A stretch of DNA of 64,000 nucleotides from the NCBI GenBank assembly GCA_016928955.1, contig JAFGJV010000004.1, positions 1-64,000 on the forward strand, given 5' to 3'. Origin of the DNA: Spirochaetales bacterium (GTDB lineage Bacteria; Spirochaetota; Spirochaetia; Treponematales; UBA12059). Within the stretch, counting starts at the first letter, position 1; every line of letters starts with the position of its first letter. Below, in pieces: positions 18,723 through 29,142 of the stretch. The translations under genes were made by a program, and so were the position numbers. A model generated the notes under the pieces. That model was given only the letters and a program-made list of their open reading frames with translations. It had not been told where the DNA came from and searched no databases.

Positions 18723-20188
18723 CGCAACGACCGCTCACCCTTAAGGGGTTTTCCATACGGCTGGGCGACCGCACCCTTCTGGACGCGGCCGACTTTGAGC
18801 CGGACGCGGGTAGCTCCATCGTCATCATAGGCAAGACCGGCGTCGGCAAATCGGTGCTCTTGCGGGCCGTCGCTGGCTTTTTGCCTCCAGGCGTCTTTGG
18901 CCTGGACGGGTCCATGCTGATTCACGGCCTTTCCGCCTACGAGGGTGGCAAGAAGACCACCCAGGAAACGTGGGCCCAGATCATGGCGCGGGGCCTGGTC
19001 TTTGTGCCCGCGGAAAGCGCCCAGGCCATGAATCCGGCCCTTACCCTGGAGCACAACCGTCGGCTTCTGGCGCCAGACTCCAGGGACGAGGTGACGCGCA
19101 GGCTCAAAAGCTACTTCAACCTAGACTTTGACGCCTTTGCGCGGCTGTACCCGGACGAGGTGTCCGGGGGCGAGCTCCAGCGCATCACCCTGATGATACT
19201 CCTGTCCAGAAAGGGCAACCTGGTCCTTTTGGACGAGCCGACGGTCAACCTGGACCGCAACCTCCGCGCGCGCTTTGCTGATTTCCTAAATAAGGAGATC
19301 CTGCCTGACAGGACGAAGACCGTTCTCATGGCCAGCCACGACCTGGATTTCATCCAATCCCTGAAGCTGGACCAGGCGTACGCCCTGGATGGGGGACGCC
19401 TGAACGCGCTCCCGTCCATACCCAGGGCTGAGGGTTTTGAAAAACAGCCGGCCGCCAGAAGGGAAGGCAAGGGACTGGACCTTGAGAGCGTGTCGCAGAG
19501 CTACTTCAAGCGCGGCATCTTTGGGGAACGCACGTTCAGCGCATACAAGGGCCTGTCCATACGCTTTGAGCGATCCACCATCTACGGCATCACAGGACCT
19601 TCCGGCTGCGGCAAGTCGAGCATGATCAAAGGCATACTCAGGCTCATAGACGGCACGAAGGGCGCCATACTGCTGGACGGCCAGGACCTGGTAAGGGTTA
19701 AGCCGGACGAAAAAGGCACAGACCCGGCTGAATTCATACCCTTCCGCCGGCGCATGACCGTGGTACAGCAGGATTCCCGGTACGCCTTTTTCCCGGACTT
19801 ACGCATTCGCGACTCTGTCCTCCAGATAGCGGCGGCCAGAGGCGGTTCGGAGCATCTGGACGAGCGCGCCCTGGCGTTTTACATGGACAAGGTCGGCCTC
19901 AAGCCAGTGCACTACAACGCGTACCCGCGCTCGCTGTCGTCAGGCGAGATGAAGCGTATGGACATAGCGCGGGCCCTGGCGGCCAAACCTGAGGTGCTCC
20001 TGTTGGACGAGCCGTTCGCGCATATCGATTTTGAGACGCGCGCCACGGTGATGAAGGCCATAAGCGAGTATATGGCGGAGAACGCCACCATCGTCATCGT
20101 CGTGACCCATGAGGACTTTGACCTGCGGTACTTTGTGGAGCAAAGCTTTGATTTTCCCGAATTGGTCGGCCAAAACGCAGGCGCCTAG
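18719..20188 (+). CDS. ABC transporter ATP-binding protein with two ATPase domains
   Basis: Walker A GKTGVGKS and GPSGCGKS; signatures VSGGE and LSSGE; Walker B LLDEP twice. Confidence 0.9.
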   Translation: MTQRPLTLKGFSIRLGDRTLLDAADFEPDAGSSIVIIGKTGVGKSVLLRAVAGFLPPGVFGLDGSMLIHGLSAYEGGKKTTQETWAQIMARGLVFVPAESAQAMNPALTLEHNRRLLAPDSRDEVTRRLKSYFNLDFDAFARLYPDEVSGGELQRITLMILLSRKGNLVLLDEPTVNLDRNLRARFADFLNKEILPDRTKTVLMASHDLDFIQSLKLDQAYALDGGRLNALPSIPRAEGFEKQPAARREGKGLDLESVSQSYFKRGIFGERTFSAYKGLSIRFERSTIYGITGPSGCGKSSMIKGILRLIDGTKGAILLDGQDLVRVKPDEKGTDPAEFIPFRRRMTVVQQDSRYAFFPDLRIRDSVLQIAAARGGSEHLDERALAFYMDKVGLKPVHYNAYPRSLSSGEMKRMDIARALAAKPEVLLLDEPFAHIDFETRATVMKAISEYMAENATIVIVVTHEDFDLRYFVEQSFDFPELVGQNAGA

Positions 20189-20223
20189 ACGGCGTCCACC
20201 GGCGCAAGGAAGATTGTGATCAC

Positions 20224-20251
20224 AGCCCCGGCCAATCCGGGGCTTTTTTTT
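20224..20251 (+). terminator. Rho-independent terminator
   Basis: AGCCCCGG-CCAAT-CCGGGGCT followed by a T run. Confidence 0.85.
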
Positions 20252-20358
20252 AAAAATTGGCGACAGTGCATACCCAACGTGAGCGGCGGCATTCTCGCCG
20301 AGGAAAGGCCCTTGCGTGTCTTTTTTTTCTAAGCGCCATGAGCGATACTGGTAGCTGT

Positions 20359-21474
20359 ATGGATGACCACAAACGCGGCTGTAGGATAAAACCAGGCCAG
20401 GCGGCTATCTTGGCGCTGGCGGCCATGGCGACGCTCGTGTCCTGCGAACGGGCGCCTGAGTATGTCATCGGGTTTACGGCAAGCCTGAGCGGCGTGGACT
20501 ACCTTCTGGGTACGGAGGGCAGGAACGCGGCCGAACTGTACGTGGCCAAGCTCAACCAGGAGGGCGGCATACGCGGCCATACCGTGCGCCTGGAGGCGAG
20601 GGATCACGCAGGCGACCTTGGCGCCCTTCAGGGTATCCTGCGCGGGTTGAAGGATGCTGGAGCCCTGGCTGTGATCGGCGCCTATACCAGTGCGGAGGCA
20701 GAAACGGCCCTTCCCGTCCTTGCGGAGCTCGAGCTGCCCCTGGTCAGTCCGAGCGCCACGGCTGCCAGCTTGTCCGGAAAAAGGGACTGGCTATGGCGCA
20801 CTATCATGAGCGGGGAATGGGACGCGGAAGTACTGGCGCGGCTCATGGACCAGGAGGGTTTAGGCACGCTCCTGGTGGTAGCCAGCTCGCGCAACCGGGC
20901 TTATGTGAATACCTACGTACAGCCCCTTGACGCCCAGGGCAAAGTAGAGGCCCTCCTTGTCTTTGACCGGCCCGAACAGCTGGACTGCGCTCCGTACATA
21001 CAGGCGGCCGGCTTTGACGCCATCCTCATCATTGGCAATTCCATGGAGTCTGCGGCTGTGGCCCAGGAACTCAGGGCGAACGGATGTGCCAAGCCCCTGT
21101 TCGTGAGCGGTTGGGCCGGTAACGTCGAATTCGCGCGCTATGGGGGAGCCTCGGCTGAGGGAGCGCGCTTTGTGCACCAGGTTGACGCAGACCATCCCGG
21201 CCTAGAGGAGCTTAAGAACGACTATTTCCGGGTGTATGGCGAGGAACCTGGATTCAGCGCGATAGAAACCTGGGAATCCCTCCAGTTCCTCTGCCTGGCC
21301 CTTGAGGGCTGGTCGCGCGGTCAGGTATCCCTGCGCCAGGCTCTGGAGGCAATATCGTCGTTTGAGGGCCCAACGGGAACCATAATCATGGATGTCAACG
21401 GAGACGCCAAGCGGCCCATGTACATAAAGGAAGTCAGGTCGGGGAACATAGTTGTGGTGGGCCGCATTGACTGA
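20359..21474 (+). CDS. Periplasmic binding lipoprotein, branched-chain amino acid (LivJ/K-like) family
   Basis: Lipobox LVSC; IGFTASLSG, NQEGGIRG, FEGPTGTIIMDVNGD; exact start uncertain. Confidence 0.85.
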   Translation: MDDHKRGCRIKPGQAAILALAAMATLVSCERAPEYVIGFTASLSGVDYLLGTEGRNAAELYVAKLNQEGGIRGHTVRLEARDHAGDLGALQGILRGLKDAGALAVIGAYTSAEAETALPVLAELELPLVSPSATAASLSGKRDWLWRTIMSGEWDAEVLARLMDQEGLGTLLVVASSRNRAYVNTYVQPLDAQGKVEALLVFDRPEQLDCAPYIQAAGFDAILIIGNSMESAAVAQELRANGCAKPLFVSGWAGNVEFARYGGASAEGARFVHQVDADHPGLEELKNDYFRVYGEEPGFSAIETWESLQFLCLALEGWSRGQVSLRQALEAISSFEGPTGTIIMDVNGDAKRPMYIKEVRSGNIVVVGRID

Positions 21475-21492
21475 GCCACAGGGGCTTTTGGC

Positions 21493-23514
21493 ATGAGAAT
21501 CAAATCCACCACCCTGCTTGGCGTTACCTTCATGGTGCTGGCCGCCCTGGCCCTGAGCACCTTCGGCTGGCTGTCCTACAGCAGATACCGAACAGAAATG
21601 GGCGACTCCATGAGGAAGTCTGGCATGCTCCTGTGCTCGGCGCTTGCCCATGAGATATCCACCTATTTGGACCTTCATGCCACGGTGCTCAAGACGGCGG
21701 CTGGGCGTATCGACGTGGATCCCGGAGCCTTTGCCGCGGTCAAGCAAAGCTTTTCTGCCTCTGGTCGCATCATCCTACTCAACGAGCGGGGCAGGGTCGT
21801 GTTTCCCTCCGACTCGGCCGACTATGGGTACGACCTGTCCTACAGGGAGTTTTTCGACATACCGTGGCGTTATGGCCGTACGTACGTATCGGCGTCCTTC
21901 ATTGAAGAGCAATCGTATTTTCCCACGTCGGTGGTGTCCTTGAAGGTGGGGAATTTCGTCGTGGCCGGTTACTTGACCCTCAACAGCCTGGACAGCTATG
22001 TCCAGGGTCTGCCCAGCATGGGCTCGGGTAGCGTGGCCGTCATAGACAGAAACGGCTATTTCATTGCACACCAGGAAGGCCAGAGGGTCAGCCAGCGCAG
22101 GTCGGCGGGGCTCGAGCCGTGGTTCCAGGGCCGCTCGTTTCCGGGTTCCATGATTATAGGCTCAGGCGGGCAGGCGACCCTGGTTTCCTGGTCGCCCGTC
22201 AACGACAGTTCGGGTTGGACGGTGATCCACACCCAGTCGCTTGAGGCCTTCACCGTGACCGGCACGGTCATGTTCCAGTCCGTGGTCCTGATTATCGTTT
22301 TGTACCTCGGGGTGGCCGCTGTCGCCGTGGTGCTCCTCCTCAGGCTGGCCAGGCACGACATGGACCGGCTGTTGGCCAACGCAGCGTCCATAGCAGAGGG
22401 CGACTATGGGCCGCACCCGGGAGCCGAGCGCTTCTCGGACTACATGGAGCTTTCCCAGCGCTTCGAGTCCATGGCAAATGCCCTGGGCGAGCGCGAGCAG
22501 ACGGTGCGGGAAAACGAGACGCGCCTGCGCGCCATTCTGGATTTCATTCCCGTGCCCGGCATGATCCTAGACGACTCGGGCCGGCTCTTACTGGTCAACC
22601 GGGCCATGCAGGCAACGTTCGGCTGGGATCTGGAGGACTTGCCGGACATGGACGCGTGCTGGGTCAAGCTCTATCCTGACCCGGGGTACAGGGCAAACGT
22701 GATGAGCAACTGGACCAGCTATCTGGACAAGCTCGGGCGCACCGGCCGGCAACCTGAGAACTTTAAGGGCGTCCTGCGCTGCAAGGACGGCTCGAACAAG
22801 CTGGTCCAGGCTGACGCGGCCATGATAGCGGACAGGACTGTGGTCGTATACGTAGACGTGACGGATTCAACCAGGGCTGCCGAGACCCTCAGGCAAAGCC
22901 TTGCTGAAAAAGAAGTCCTCCTTAAGGAAATTCACCACAGGGTCAAGAACAACCTCCAGATGGTCATAAGTCTTCTCAGCCTGCAGGCTGGCGTGAGCGT
23001 TGGCCCGGATGGTAGGCATCCGTTCTCTGATTCCGTGGACAGAATCCAGGTCATGTCGTCCATCCACGAGCTGTTGTACCAGTCTAACGACCTCTCTCAT
23101 GTCTATCTGAACGAATTCGCTGGCAATATAGCCCAATGGCTCCTGTCAACGGCCCCGGTAGGCGCCGTTCCGGAATTGCTGCTGGACGTGCAGAAAGTGC
23201 CTCTCACCATAGACCAGGCCATACCCTGCGGACTCATGCTGAATGAAATGCTCACCAATTCGCTCAAATACGCCTTTGACGAGTTCCATCCCAATCCCCA
23301 GCTCCGTGTGGGTGCCTGGCTGGAGAACGGCCGCCTTACTTTGCAGGCGGGGGACAACGGAAAAGGCCTACCGCCTGCGGTGGACCCAGCCACATCGGAT
23401 TCGTTGGGCATGCAGTTGATTGTTTCCCTGTGCTCACAGCTGGGGGCGGACTGGAAGCTGTCCAGAGAGGGTGGCACCACCTGGCGCGTTACGTTCTCCC
23501 TTGACGAACTTTAA
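21493..23514 (+). CDS. Sensor histidine kinase (Cache-HAMP-PAS-HisKA_2-HATPase)
   Basis: Two TMs flanking a Cache-like domain; EIHHRVKNNLQ, NEMLTNSLKYAF, DNGKGLP, SLGMQL. Confidence 0.92.
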   Translation: MRIKSTTLLGVTFMVLAALALSTFGWLSYSRYRTEMGDSMRKSGMLLCSALAHEISTYLDLHATVLKTAAGRIDVDPGAFAAVKQSFSASGRIILLNERGRVVFPSDSADYGYDLSYREFFDIPWRYGRTYVSASFIEEQSYFPTSVVSLKVGNFVVAGYLTLNSLDSYVQGLPSMGSGSVAVIDRNGYFIAHQEGQRVSQRRSAGLEPWFQGRSFPGSMIIGSGGQATLVSWSPVNDSSGWTVIHTQSLEAFTVTGTVMFQSVVLIIVLYLGVAAVAVVLLLRLARHDMDRLLANAASIAEGDYGPHPGAERFSDYMELSQRFESMANALGEREQTVRENETRLRAILDFIPVPGMILDDSGRLLLVNRAMQATFGWDLEDLPDMDACWVKLYPDPGYRANVMSNWTSYLDKLGRTGRQPENFKGVLRCKDGSNKLVQADAAMIADRTVVVYVDVTDSTRAAETLRQSLAEKEVLLKEIHHRVKNNLQMVISLLSLQAGVSVGPDGRHPFSDSVDRIQVMSSIHELLYQSNDLSHVYLNEFAGNIAQWLLSTAPVGAVPELLLDVQKVPLTIDQAIPCGLMLNEMLTNSLKYAFDEFHPNPQLRVGAWLENGRLTLQAGDNGKGLPPAVDPATSDSLGMQLIVSLCSQLGADWKLSREGGTTWRVTFSLDEL

Positions 23515-23594
23515 CAACCATGTTTCCGCTGACTCCAGTCACGTGCTATACTTATATTAGCGACAATGGGTAAACTGGAGAAAATGCAGATATT

Positions 23595-24773
23595 GTGTCG
23601 CCGGTAATGTTCAGCAGGGCGGGAGGACATGGGTTGGAACAAGGACGGACGCTCTCGGGCACGGTAACCAGCCTCCTGGCAAGCACATTGTTTGTGCTGG
23701 CGCTCGGCTCATGCACGGATGTTGGAGCCTGGGACAGGCTGTCGGCCATGGAAGCCATGCTAGCCGAGGCTCGCCTGCCCACCAAGCGCATGTCCGTGGA
23801 CATAGGTCCTTTTGGCCAGGCCGACGAACTGAACAATTTCCCCGTCCTGGTGCGCCTTCCCGCCGATTTTCCTTACGACCAATGTGCGCCGAACGGACTG
23901 GACATCGAGTTCAGGACCGAGGATGGCCTTACGCTCCTGGACTGGGAGCTCGAGTCCTGGCGACCGGGACAGACATCCGTATTCTGGGTAAAGTTGCCGG
24001 TGCTTCCCGCCAACCCTTCAAGCACCCGAATATGGCTGTACTACGGCGCCGACTACCCGCTGGACAGGTCCAATCCGGAAGCCGTGTGGTCCAACGGCTA
24101 TGAAGCCGTGTGGCACGGCATAGTGGACACCGTTGACGGCAGCCTCCGCTATCGCGACAGCACGGGCAGGCACCACGGCTTTTCAAACGATGGCACGCTT
24201 ACGCCGCCGGAGCTTATAGAAGGGGCAATAGGGAGAGCATTTAGCTATACCGGGGATTCCGAATGCGGCATAGCGGTGAACGCCACGGGTGCCTTGAACG
24301 ATATTGGGACATTTCAGCTGGATTTTGTCATTCGCGACCGAAGCTCGACTTCTTCCGACAGATACCTGTTGTCCAGAGACAATTTTATCCTTGGGATCAA
24401 GAATGGACGTGCTCCGTTTTTGTCGATTGACTTCTCCGGGGGTACCCTCGAGGTTAATGGGCCGACGTTATGGGATCTTACCACGTGGACATATGCTTCA
24501 ATAAGCTGGGATCAGAGTCAGGTGGTTTTTTGGGGAGGGGACAGTCAGCGAGGCTCCTTCCCCGCTACTGGATCCGGCACCCAGGAAGCATGGACGGAGC
24601 AGACCTGGGTGCTCGGCAATTCCAGCCCCCCGCCCGCAAAGCTGGAAGCGGATCTGGACGAAATACGTCTTTCCAGGATAGCGCGTTCGAGCGCCTGGAT
24701 GTTCGCCGAGTACAAATCCCTGGAAGGTACATCTGTGTCGCTTGGTACTCCAGAGGATGTTGTGTATGACTGA
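23595..24773 (+). CDS. DUF2341 plus LamG-like domain lipoprotein
   Basis: NFPVLVRL, DIEF, WELESW, FWVKLP, IWLYYG, VWSNGY, LDEIRLSRIARS; lipobox LGSC; start may be further downstream. Confidence 0.75.
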   Translation: MSPVMFSRAGGHGLEQGRTLSGTVTSLLASTLFVLALGSCTDVGAWDRLSAMEAMLAEARLPTKRMSVDIGPFGQADELNNFPVLVRLPADFPYDQCAPNGLDIEFRTEDGLTLLDWELESWRPGQTSVFWVKLPVLPANPSSTRIWLYYGADYPLDRSNPEAVWSNGYEAVWHGIVDTVDGSLRYRDSTGRHHGFSNDGTLTPPELIEGAIGRAFSYTGDSECGIAVNATGALNDIGTFQLDFVIRDRSSTSSDRYLLSRDNFILGIKNGRAPFLSIDFSGGTLEVNGPTLWDLTTWTYASISWDQSQVVFWGGDSQRGSFPATGSGTQEAWTEQTWVLGNSSPPPAKLEADLDEIRLSRIARSSAWMFAEYKSLEGTSVSLGTPEDVVYD

Positions 24774-25332
24774 ACGGGTGATCCGCGCGTCATTGCTTGC
24801 ACTACTCATAGCCGCCCCAGGTTTATCGTCCTTTGCTCAGGACATCCCGCCCCGGACCCACGCTATCGGGGCCGAACTGGGCTTTTTAAGCGTTCCGTTT
24901 GACCGGGAGGATCCGTATTCCTTCGCGGCGCTCGCCGGCCTGTGGTATGATTGGCGTCCCGGACCCCAGGGGCGGTTTGGGCTTGGGCTCTGGGCGGACG
25001 CGGCGGGTTTCAGGCCGCTTGACCCGCTGTTCGGCTACTCGTTCATGGCGACAGGTGGCTTGGACGTGAACTGGCTCATGCCCGTACTGGATGCGGAAAC
25101 GGCCTGGGCGGGACTCGGTCCCTTTGTCCGTGCCGGGTGGTACCTGAGATACGTGTCCCTTCTGGGTTCGGACGAATGGCTGTCACGGCCGTACATGGCG
25201 GGAGGGCTGCGCTTCATGCTGTACCAAGGAAAAAGCATGGTGGTGGGCATGGACGCCCAGGTGGTTCTTCCGATAGACAAGACCGTTCCCGTCCTGGTCG
25301 CTCTCATCCAAAGGTTCGGACTATGCTTCTGA
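24766..25332 (+). CDS. Putative small outer-membrane beta-barrel protein
   Basis: Signal peptide (SFA-Q), amphipathic strands, terminal Phe. Confidence 0.55.
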   Translation: MTERVIRASLLALLIAAPGLSSFAQDIPPRTHAIGAELGFLSVPFDREDPYSFAALAGLWYDWRPGPQGRFGLGLWADAAGFRPLDPLFGYSFMATGGLDVNWLMPVLDAETAWAGLGPFVRAGWYLRYVSLLGSDEWLSRPYMAGGLRFMLYQGKSMVVGMDAQVVLPIDKTVPVLVALIQRFGLCF

Positions 25333-26384
25333 GACGAATCGCGCTCGCCCTCGCGCTGGGCGCAGGCATATCGGCCCTGGCCCAGGAGGGACCGAACGTG
25401 GCGCAGGTGCTGTTTGTGACCAGCGAGCCCCTGGGCGCCGAAGTATGGCTGGACGGGCAGAAGCTGGAAGGACGGACCCCGCTCCTTGTGCGCGATCTTT
25501 CGGCTGGTCCCCATGTCCTCGGCTTTAGGAAAGATGGCTGGTACGACACTGAGCTCGACCTGGTCACGCCGGACGCGGCCCAAGCCAGGGCACTCCTTGC
25601 CCGGCGCGTGGTGGACGTGAGTTTCCCGGGTCAAGGTCAGGTCCGCGTCGCGGGCATTCCCCTGGACGACCCCGCAGGCGCGGTCAGCTTCTCGGCCGGC
25701 GCCATAGAGCTGCAGCCCAGTCCGGACGGCCTTGACGTGCGTCCCGTGTTTCCCAAGCAAAGCACCTTGGACGGCGTGCGCTTTGCCCTGCCCGTGGTAT
25801 TGGGCTTGTCCGTGGTGCTCTGCGCCCGGGAGGCGGCCATGCCGCGGGACTCGCTGGACCTGATATCGCCCGAGCTGGTAGCGGCCCTGGCCATGGGAGC
25901 CGGCCTTATGGCCTGGGATGTGGCCCTTGAGGCCGAACGGGCCAGGTTTGTTGCCGGCTGGGACCAGTCGAGCGTGTCATCGTCAAGCGCGCTTCGTTCG
26001 ATGATGGATGACTATGATGCCGTGCGGGCCGAGCTGGCGGGCGGAAACCTTGGGTCGTCGATGCTGCGTGTGGACGAATTCGCGCTCCGCTACCCGGATA
26101 GCGAACAGGCCGCAAAGGCGCATTTTGACCTTGGTATGCTGCTCCTTGTGTTCGGCGATACTGGCCAGGCGGCTCTGCGCTTTGAGCTGGTCCTGGAACG
26201 CTATCCCCTGATCGAGCTGTATGACCGGGCGGTCAAGGCTTTGTCGGATTGCCGCATGGCCCAGGGCGACCCGCTGGCTGCCCTGGAGCTGCTGGATTTG
26301 CTCACCTTTAGGGGCCCCGGCCTAAGCCGCGAGGATATAGAGCGGCACCGGGAATACATCCAGGAAACGCTGGATTCTCACTGA
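25323..26384 (+). CDS. PEGA-domain protein with TM segments and C-terminal TPR
   Basis: VTSEPLGAEVWLDG...GRTP...GPH...KDGW; RYPDSEQAAKAHF TPR-like. Confidence 0.75.
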   Translation: MLLRRIALALALGAGISALAQEGPNVAQVLFVTSEPLGAEVWLDGQKLEGRTPLLVRDLSAGPHVLGFRKDGWYDTELDLVTPDAAQARALLARRVVDVSFPGQGQVRVAGIPLDDPAGAVSFSAGAIELQPSPDGLDVRPVFPKQSTLDGVRFALPVVLGLSVVLCAREAAMPRDSLDLISPELVAALAMGAGLMAWDVALEAERARFVAGWDQSSVSSSSALRSMMDDYDAVRAELAGGNLGSSMLRVDEFALRYPDSEQAAKAHFDLGMLLLVFGDTGQAALRFELVLERYPLIELYDRAVKALSDCRMAQGDPLAALELLDLLTFRGPGLSREDIERHREYIQETLDSH

Positions 26385-27766
26385 TTGTTGGCCAGTATGC
26401 CCAGTATGGTGCTTCGTTCGGACATGAACGCGTCCACTACCGCCGGGTCAAAATGCTTGCCGCGCTCTCCTGCAATCAGCTCGATGGCCTTATCCGGCTC
26501 CCAGGCCGACTTGTAGGGACGCTCGGATACAAGCGCGTCGAACACGTCCAGAAGGGCCAGGATACGGCCGCAGAGGGGAATGTCCTGGCCGCGCAGGCCC
26601 CGGGGATACCCGGCGCCGTCCCAGCGCTCGTGATGTGTCAGGGATATGGTCGCTCCCATGGCAAGGAAGGGATTCTTGAATTCCTTGAGTATGGAGTGGC
26701 CGATCACGGTGTGCGTCTTCATGAACTCGAATTCCTCGGGCGTGAGCTTGCCGGGTTTCAGCAGTATGGAATCCGGTATGCCGATTTTCCCAAGGTCGTG
26801 CATGGGAGCCGCGTTGGCCAGGATGGACAGGCGTTCCTCGTCGTCAATGAAGTGCGCAGCCACGACGCGCGCGTACATGCCCACCCGCAGGGTGTGTTTG
26901 CTGGTGTCCTCGTCCCGGTATTCGGCCACCTTGCCCAGGGCGGCCAGAGCCTCAAGGTCCCGCTCGACCACCTGGGTTTGCGCCTCGACCTCGCGCAGGG
27001 CTATGGTGCCGATACGGCGGTAGGACCGGTCTATCTCCGAGCACAGGGCGTTGAAATAGATGGTGAGCTCCCCGATCTCGTCGTTGTTCTCCGGCTTGAG
27101 CGACCCGCTGAAATCGCTGGTCCTGAGCACAGCGGACATGGCCGCGGTCACCCGCGTGAGCGGCCTGGAGATGGACGCTGACAGAATGACCAGCAGTATG
27201 AAGGCAACAACCACGGATGCGGATGTGGCCCACGTGATGGCCGACGTGAGTCCGCTGGTTTCCTTGAGCACGGCCGTTTCCCGGTCGGACACCACAACGT
27301 ACCAAGCGTAGGGCTCCAGGTAGAAGGCCTGACCAAGGCATGCGTCCTTGCCGGACCCGAATCGTATCGGGCCCGTGATGCCCGAGCGCATGAGCTCCAG
27401 AAGGTCAGGGGGAACGGCCAAAGGCAAGGGGCCCAGGCTTTCCGAAAAGCCCAGCGAGCCGTCAAGGTTCAGGGCGGCCGTCCACTCGGACTCGTCCCTG
27501 AGCAGCGACCGGGCGTACGTGGCCAGGGAATCCCTCGCCGCCTGGACAAAAACCGGATCGCCTTCCAGGTTTTGATTGCGGAGAAGGTTCCATTGCGACT
27601 CGCCGAACTGGAGGAGGGTCTCCGACTTGAAGGAGAGCGAGCGCATGGCCAGCCTGATCATGCCCGAGCGGGACATGATCAGGGCGGTGCTGCCAAGAAT
27701 GGACAGCGCCGCCACGAGCGCCGGCAGTATCGTGATTACGACCTTCATCCGTATCGTGGTTTTCAT
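26378..27766 (-). CDS. HD-GYP c-di-GMP phosphodiesterase with sensor and HAMP domains
   Basis: HDLGKIG, KPGKLT, HHERWDGAGYP, DVFDAL; DEIGEL HAMP. Confidence 0.92.
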   Translation of the reverse strand: MKTTIRMKVVITILPALVAALSILGSTALIMSRSGMIRLAMRSLSFKSETLLQFGESQWNLLRNQNLEGDPVFVQAARDSLATYARSLLRDESEWTAALNLDGSLGFSESLGPLPLAVPPDLLELMRSGITGPIRFGSGKDACLGQAFYLEPYAWYVVVSDRETAVLKETSGLTSAITWATSASVVVAFILLVILSASISRPLTRVTAAMSAVLRTSDFSGSLKPENNDEIGELTIYFNALCSEIDRSYRRIGTIALREVEAQTQVVERDLEALAALGKVAEYRDEDTSKHTLRVGMYARVVAAHFIDDEERLSILANAAPMHDLGKIGIPDSILLKPGKLTPEEFEFMKTHTVIGHSILKEFKNPFLAMGATISLTHHERWDGAGYPRGLRGQDIPLCGRILALLDVFDALVSERPYKSAWEPDKAIELIAGERGKHFDPAVVDAFMSERSTILGILANNQ

Positions 27767-27827
27767 CGCGCCTCGCACAACCTTCCTGTTCGAACCCAGC
27801 AGAATGCAGTATAGTGGTCATAGAGTC

Positions 27828-29123
27828 ATGGATACAAGCGACAAGCGCGACGCGGCCGGCGGCGCCGCGGACGAATTCAACGCTCAGCTCCTCAAGGAAC
27901 GGATCCAGAGCAGGCTCCAGTCCAAGCTCAAGACCGAGCTGGAAGACAACAGACTGCCAGGCGCATCCGAGCGCGACCTGCCCAGCGGCGGACTGGCGAA
28001 GCCGCTTGTCCTGGCTTCGGTCACGCTCCTTTTGGCCTTTTTGGGAGTGTTCGCGGCCTACCGTTTCAACCAGGTACGTGAGGAAAGCTACCTTTTGAAC
28101 CCTACCGACCTATTCCGAACCGAGGGCCTCCTCATAGAAGCGCTCAAGGAAAGAACAGACCTGGAAATAGGCAAGCGGGACCAGCTGATAGCCAAGTTCC
28201 AGGCCAGGGAAGAGAAACGCGAGGCTTTTGCCAGGAGCGTTTTGAGCGACGATCGCAAGCCGATACCTGGGGAGGTCTACAGCGCCGAACCGACCGCAAA
28301 GTCGGAGGAAGATATCGTGCTTGAAGCCCTGGTCAGGGAAGCCAACTTCAGACAACTGTTTTTGGGCCTGGTCGGGTCAGCCCTTGACCAGGCAGCCCTC
28401 AGGCTGGGTGAGTCGGACTACGAGGGAGCCAGGGCTGTGGCGGCCGAGCTTGACCGGAGCGCCGGCCAGCTGGTGCGCGTTGATTCGGCCAGTTCGGACG
28501 CGGTGATGAGCATAGCCGACTCGCTGACCGGATTGGTGGACAACCTGGAAGATGAAGCTGCCCGGGTGGCATCCTTGAATTTTGGTGACGACGAAATTCT
28601 CACCGATCTGCAGGGCGAACGCGACCAGCGGCGCGAGCTGAACGACCGGCTGGCAGCCTTGCAGGCCGAGCTTGACGCCTTGAGGCAGGAACGCGCCGCT
28701 AGTGGTGCGGCCTCAGAGACCGAAGGAACCTCGGACGCCTTGGATACGGCCAGGCGAGAGGCTGAACAGGCCGAGGCTTTGGCCGGGCGCCTGCGGCTGG
28801 AAAATGCCCGGCTGTCCGAACAATTGGCCGTGGCCCTGAGGCAGGCGGCCCTGGGCGCCCAGAGTCCCCAGCCATCCCGCTTTCTGGGCAGCGTGTCCGT
28901 CATAGACGGGCAGCGGATAGTCATAGACCTTTCCGGGCTCGCGTCGGCCAAAGCGGGCGACCCTGTTTTCATTTTCCGCGCCAACGAGTCGGGAGGCGGC
29001 ACCCTGGTGGCCCTGGCCTACGTGTCGTCGATCGACGCGTCCAGCGCCGACCTGAGCCTGACCATGTACGCGGACCAGGGATACACGCTCCAGCTGAGGG
29101 ACGCAGCGTATAGAGGCGAGTGA
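27828..29123 (+). CDS. Hypothetical single-TM coiled-coil protein with C-terminal beta domain
   Basis: TM segment, long heptad region, FlgT-C-like tail (GSVSVIDGQRIVID...GD). Confidence 0.65.
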   Translation: MDTSDKRDAAGGAADEFNAQLLKERIQSRLQSKLKTELEDNRLPGASERDLPSGGLAKPLVLASVTLLLAFLGVFAAYRFNQVREESYLLNPTDLFRTEGLLIEALKERTDLEIGKRDQLIAKFQAREEKREAFARSVLSDDRKPIPGEVYSAEPTAKSEEDIVLEALVREANFRQLFLGLVGSALDQAALRLGESDYEGARAVAAELDRSAGQLVRVDSASSDAVMSIADSLTGLVDNLEDEAARVASLNFGDDEILTDLQGERDQRRELNDRLAALQAELDALRQERAASGAASETEGTSDALDTARREAEQAEALAGRLRLENARLSEQLAVALRQAALGAQSPQPSRFLGSVSVIDGQRIVIDLSGLASAKAGDPVFIFRANESGGGTLVALAYVSSIDASSADLSLTMYADQGYTLQLRDAAYRGE

Positions 29124-29142
29124 GGGCCTGCCTGGCTTCCGG

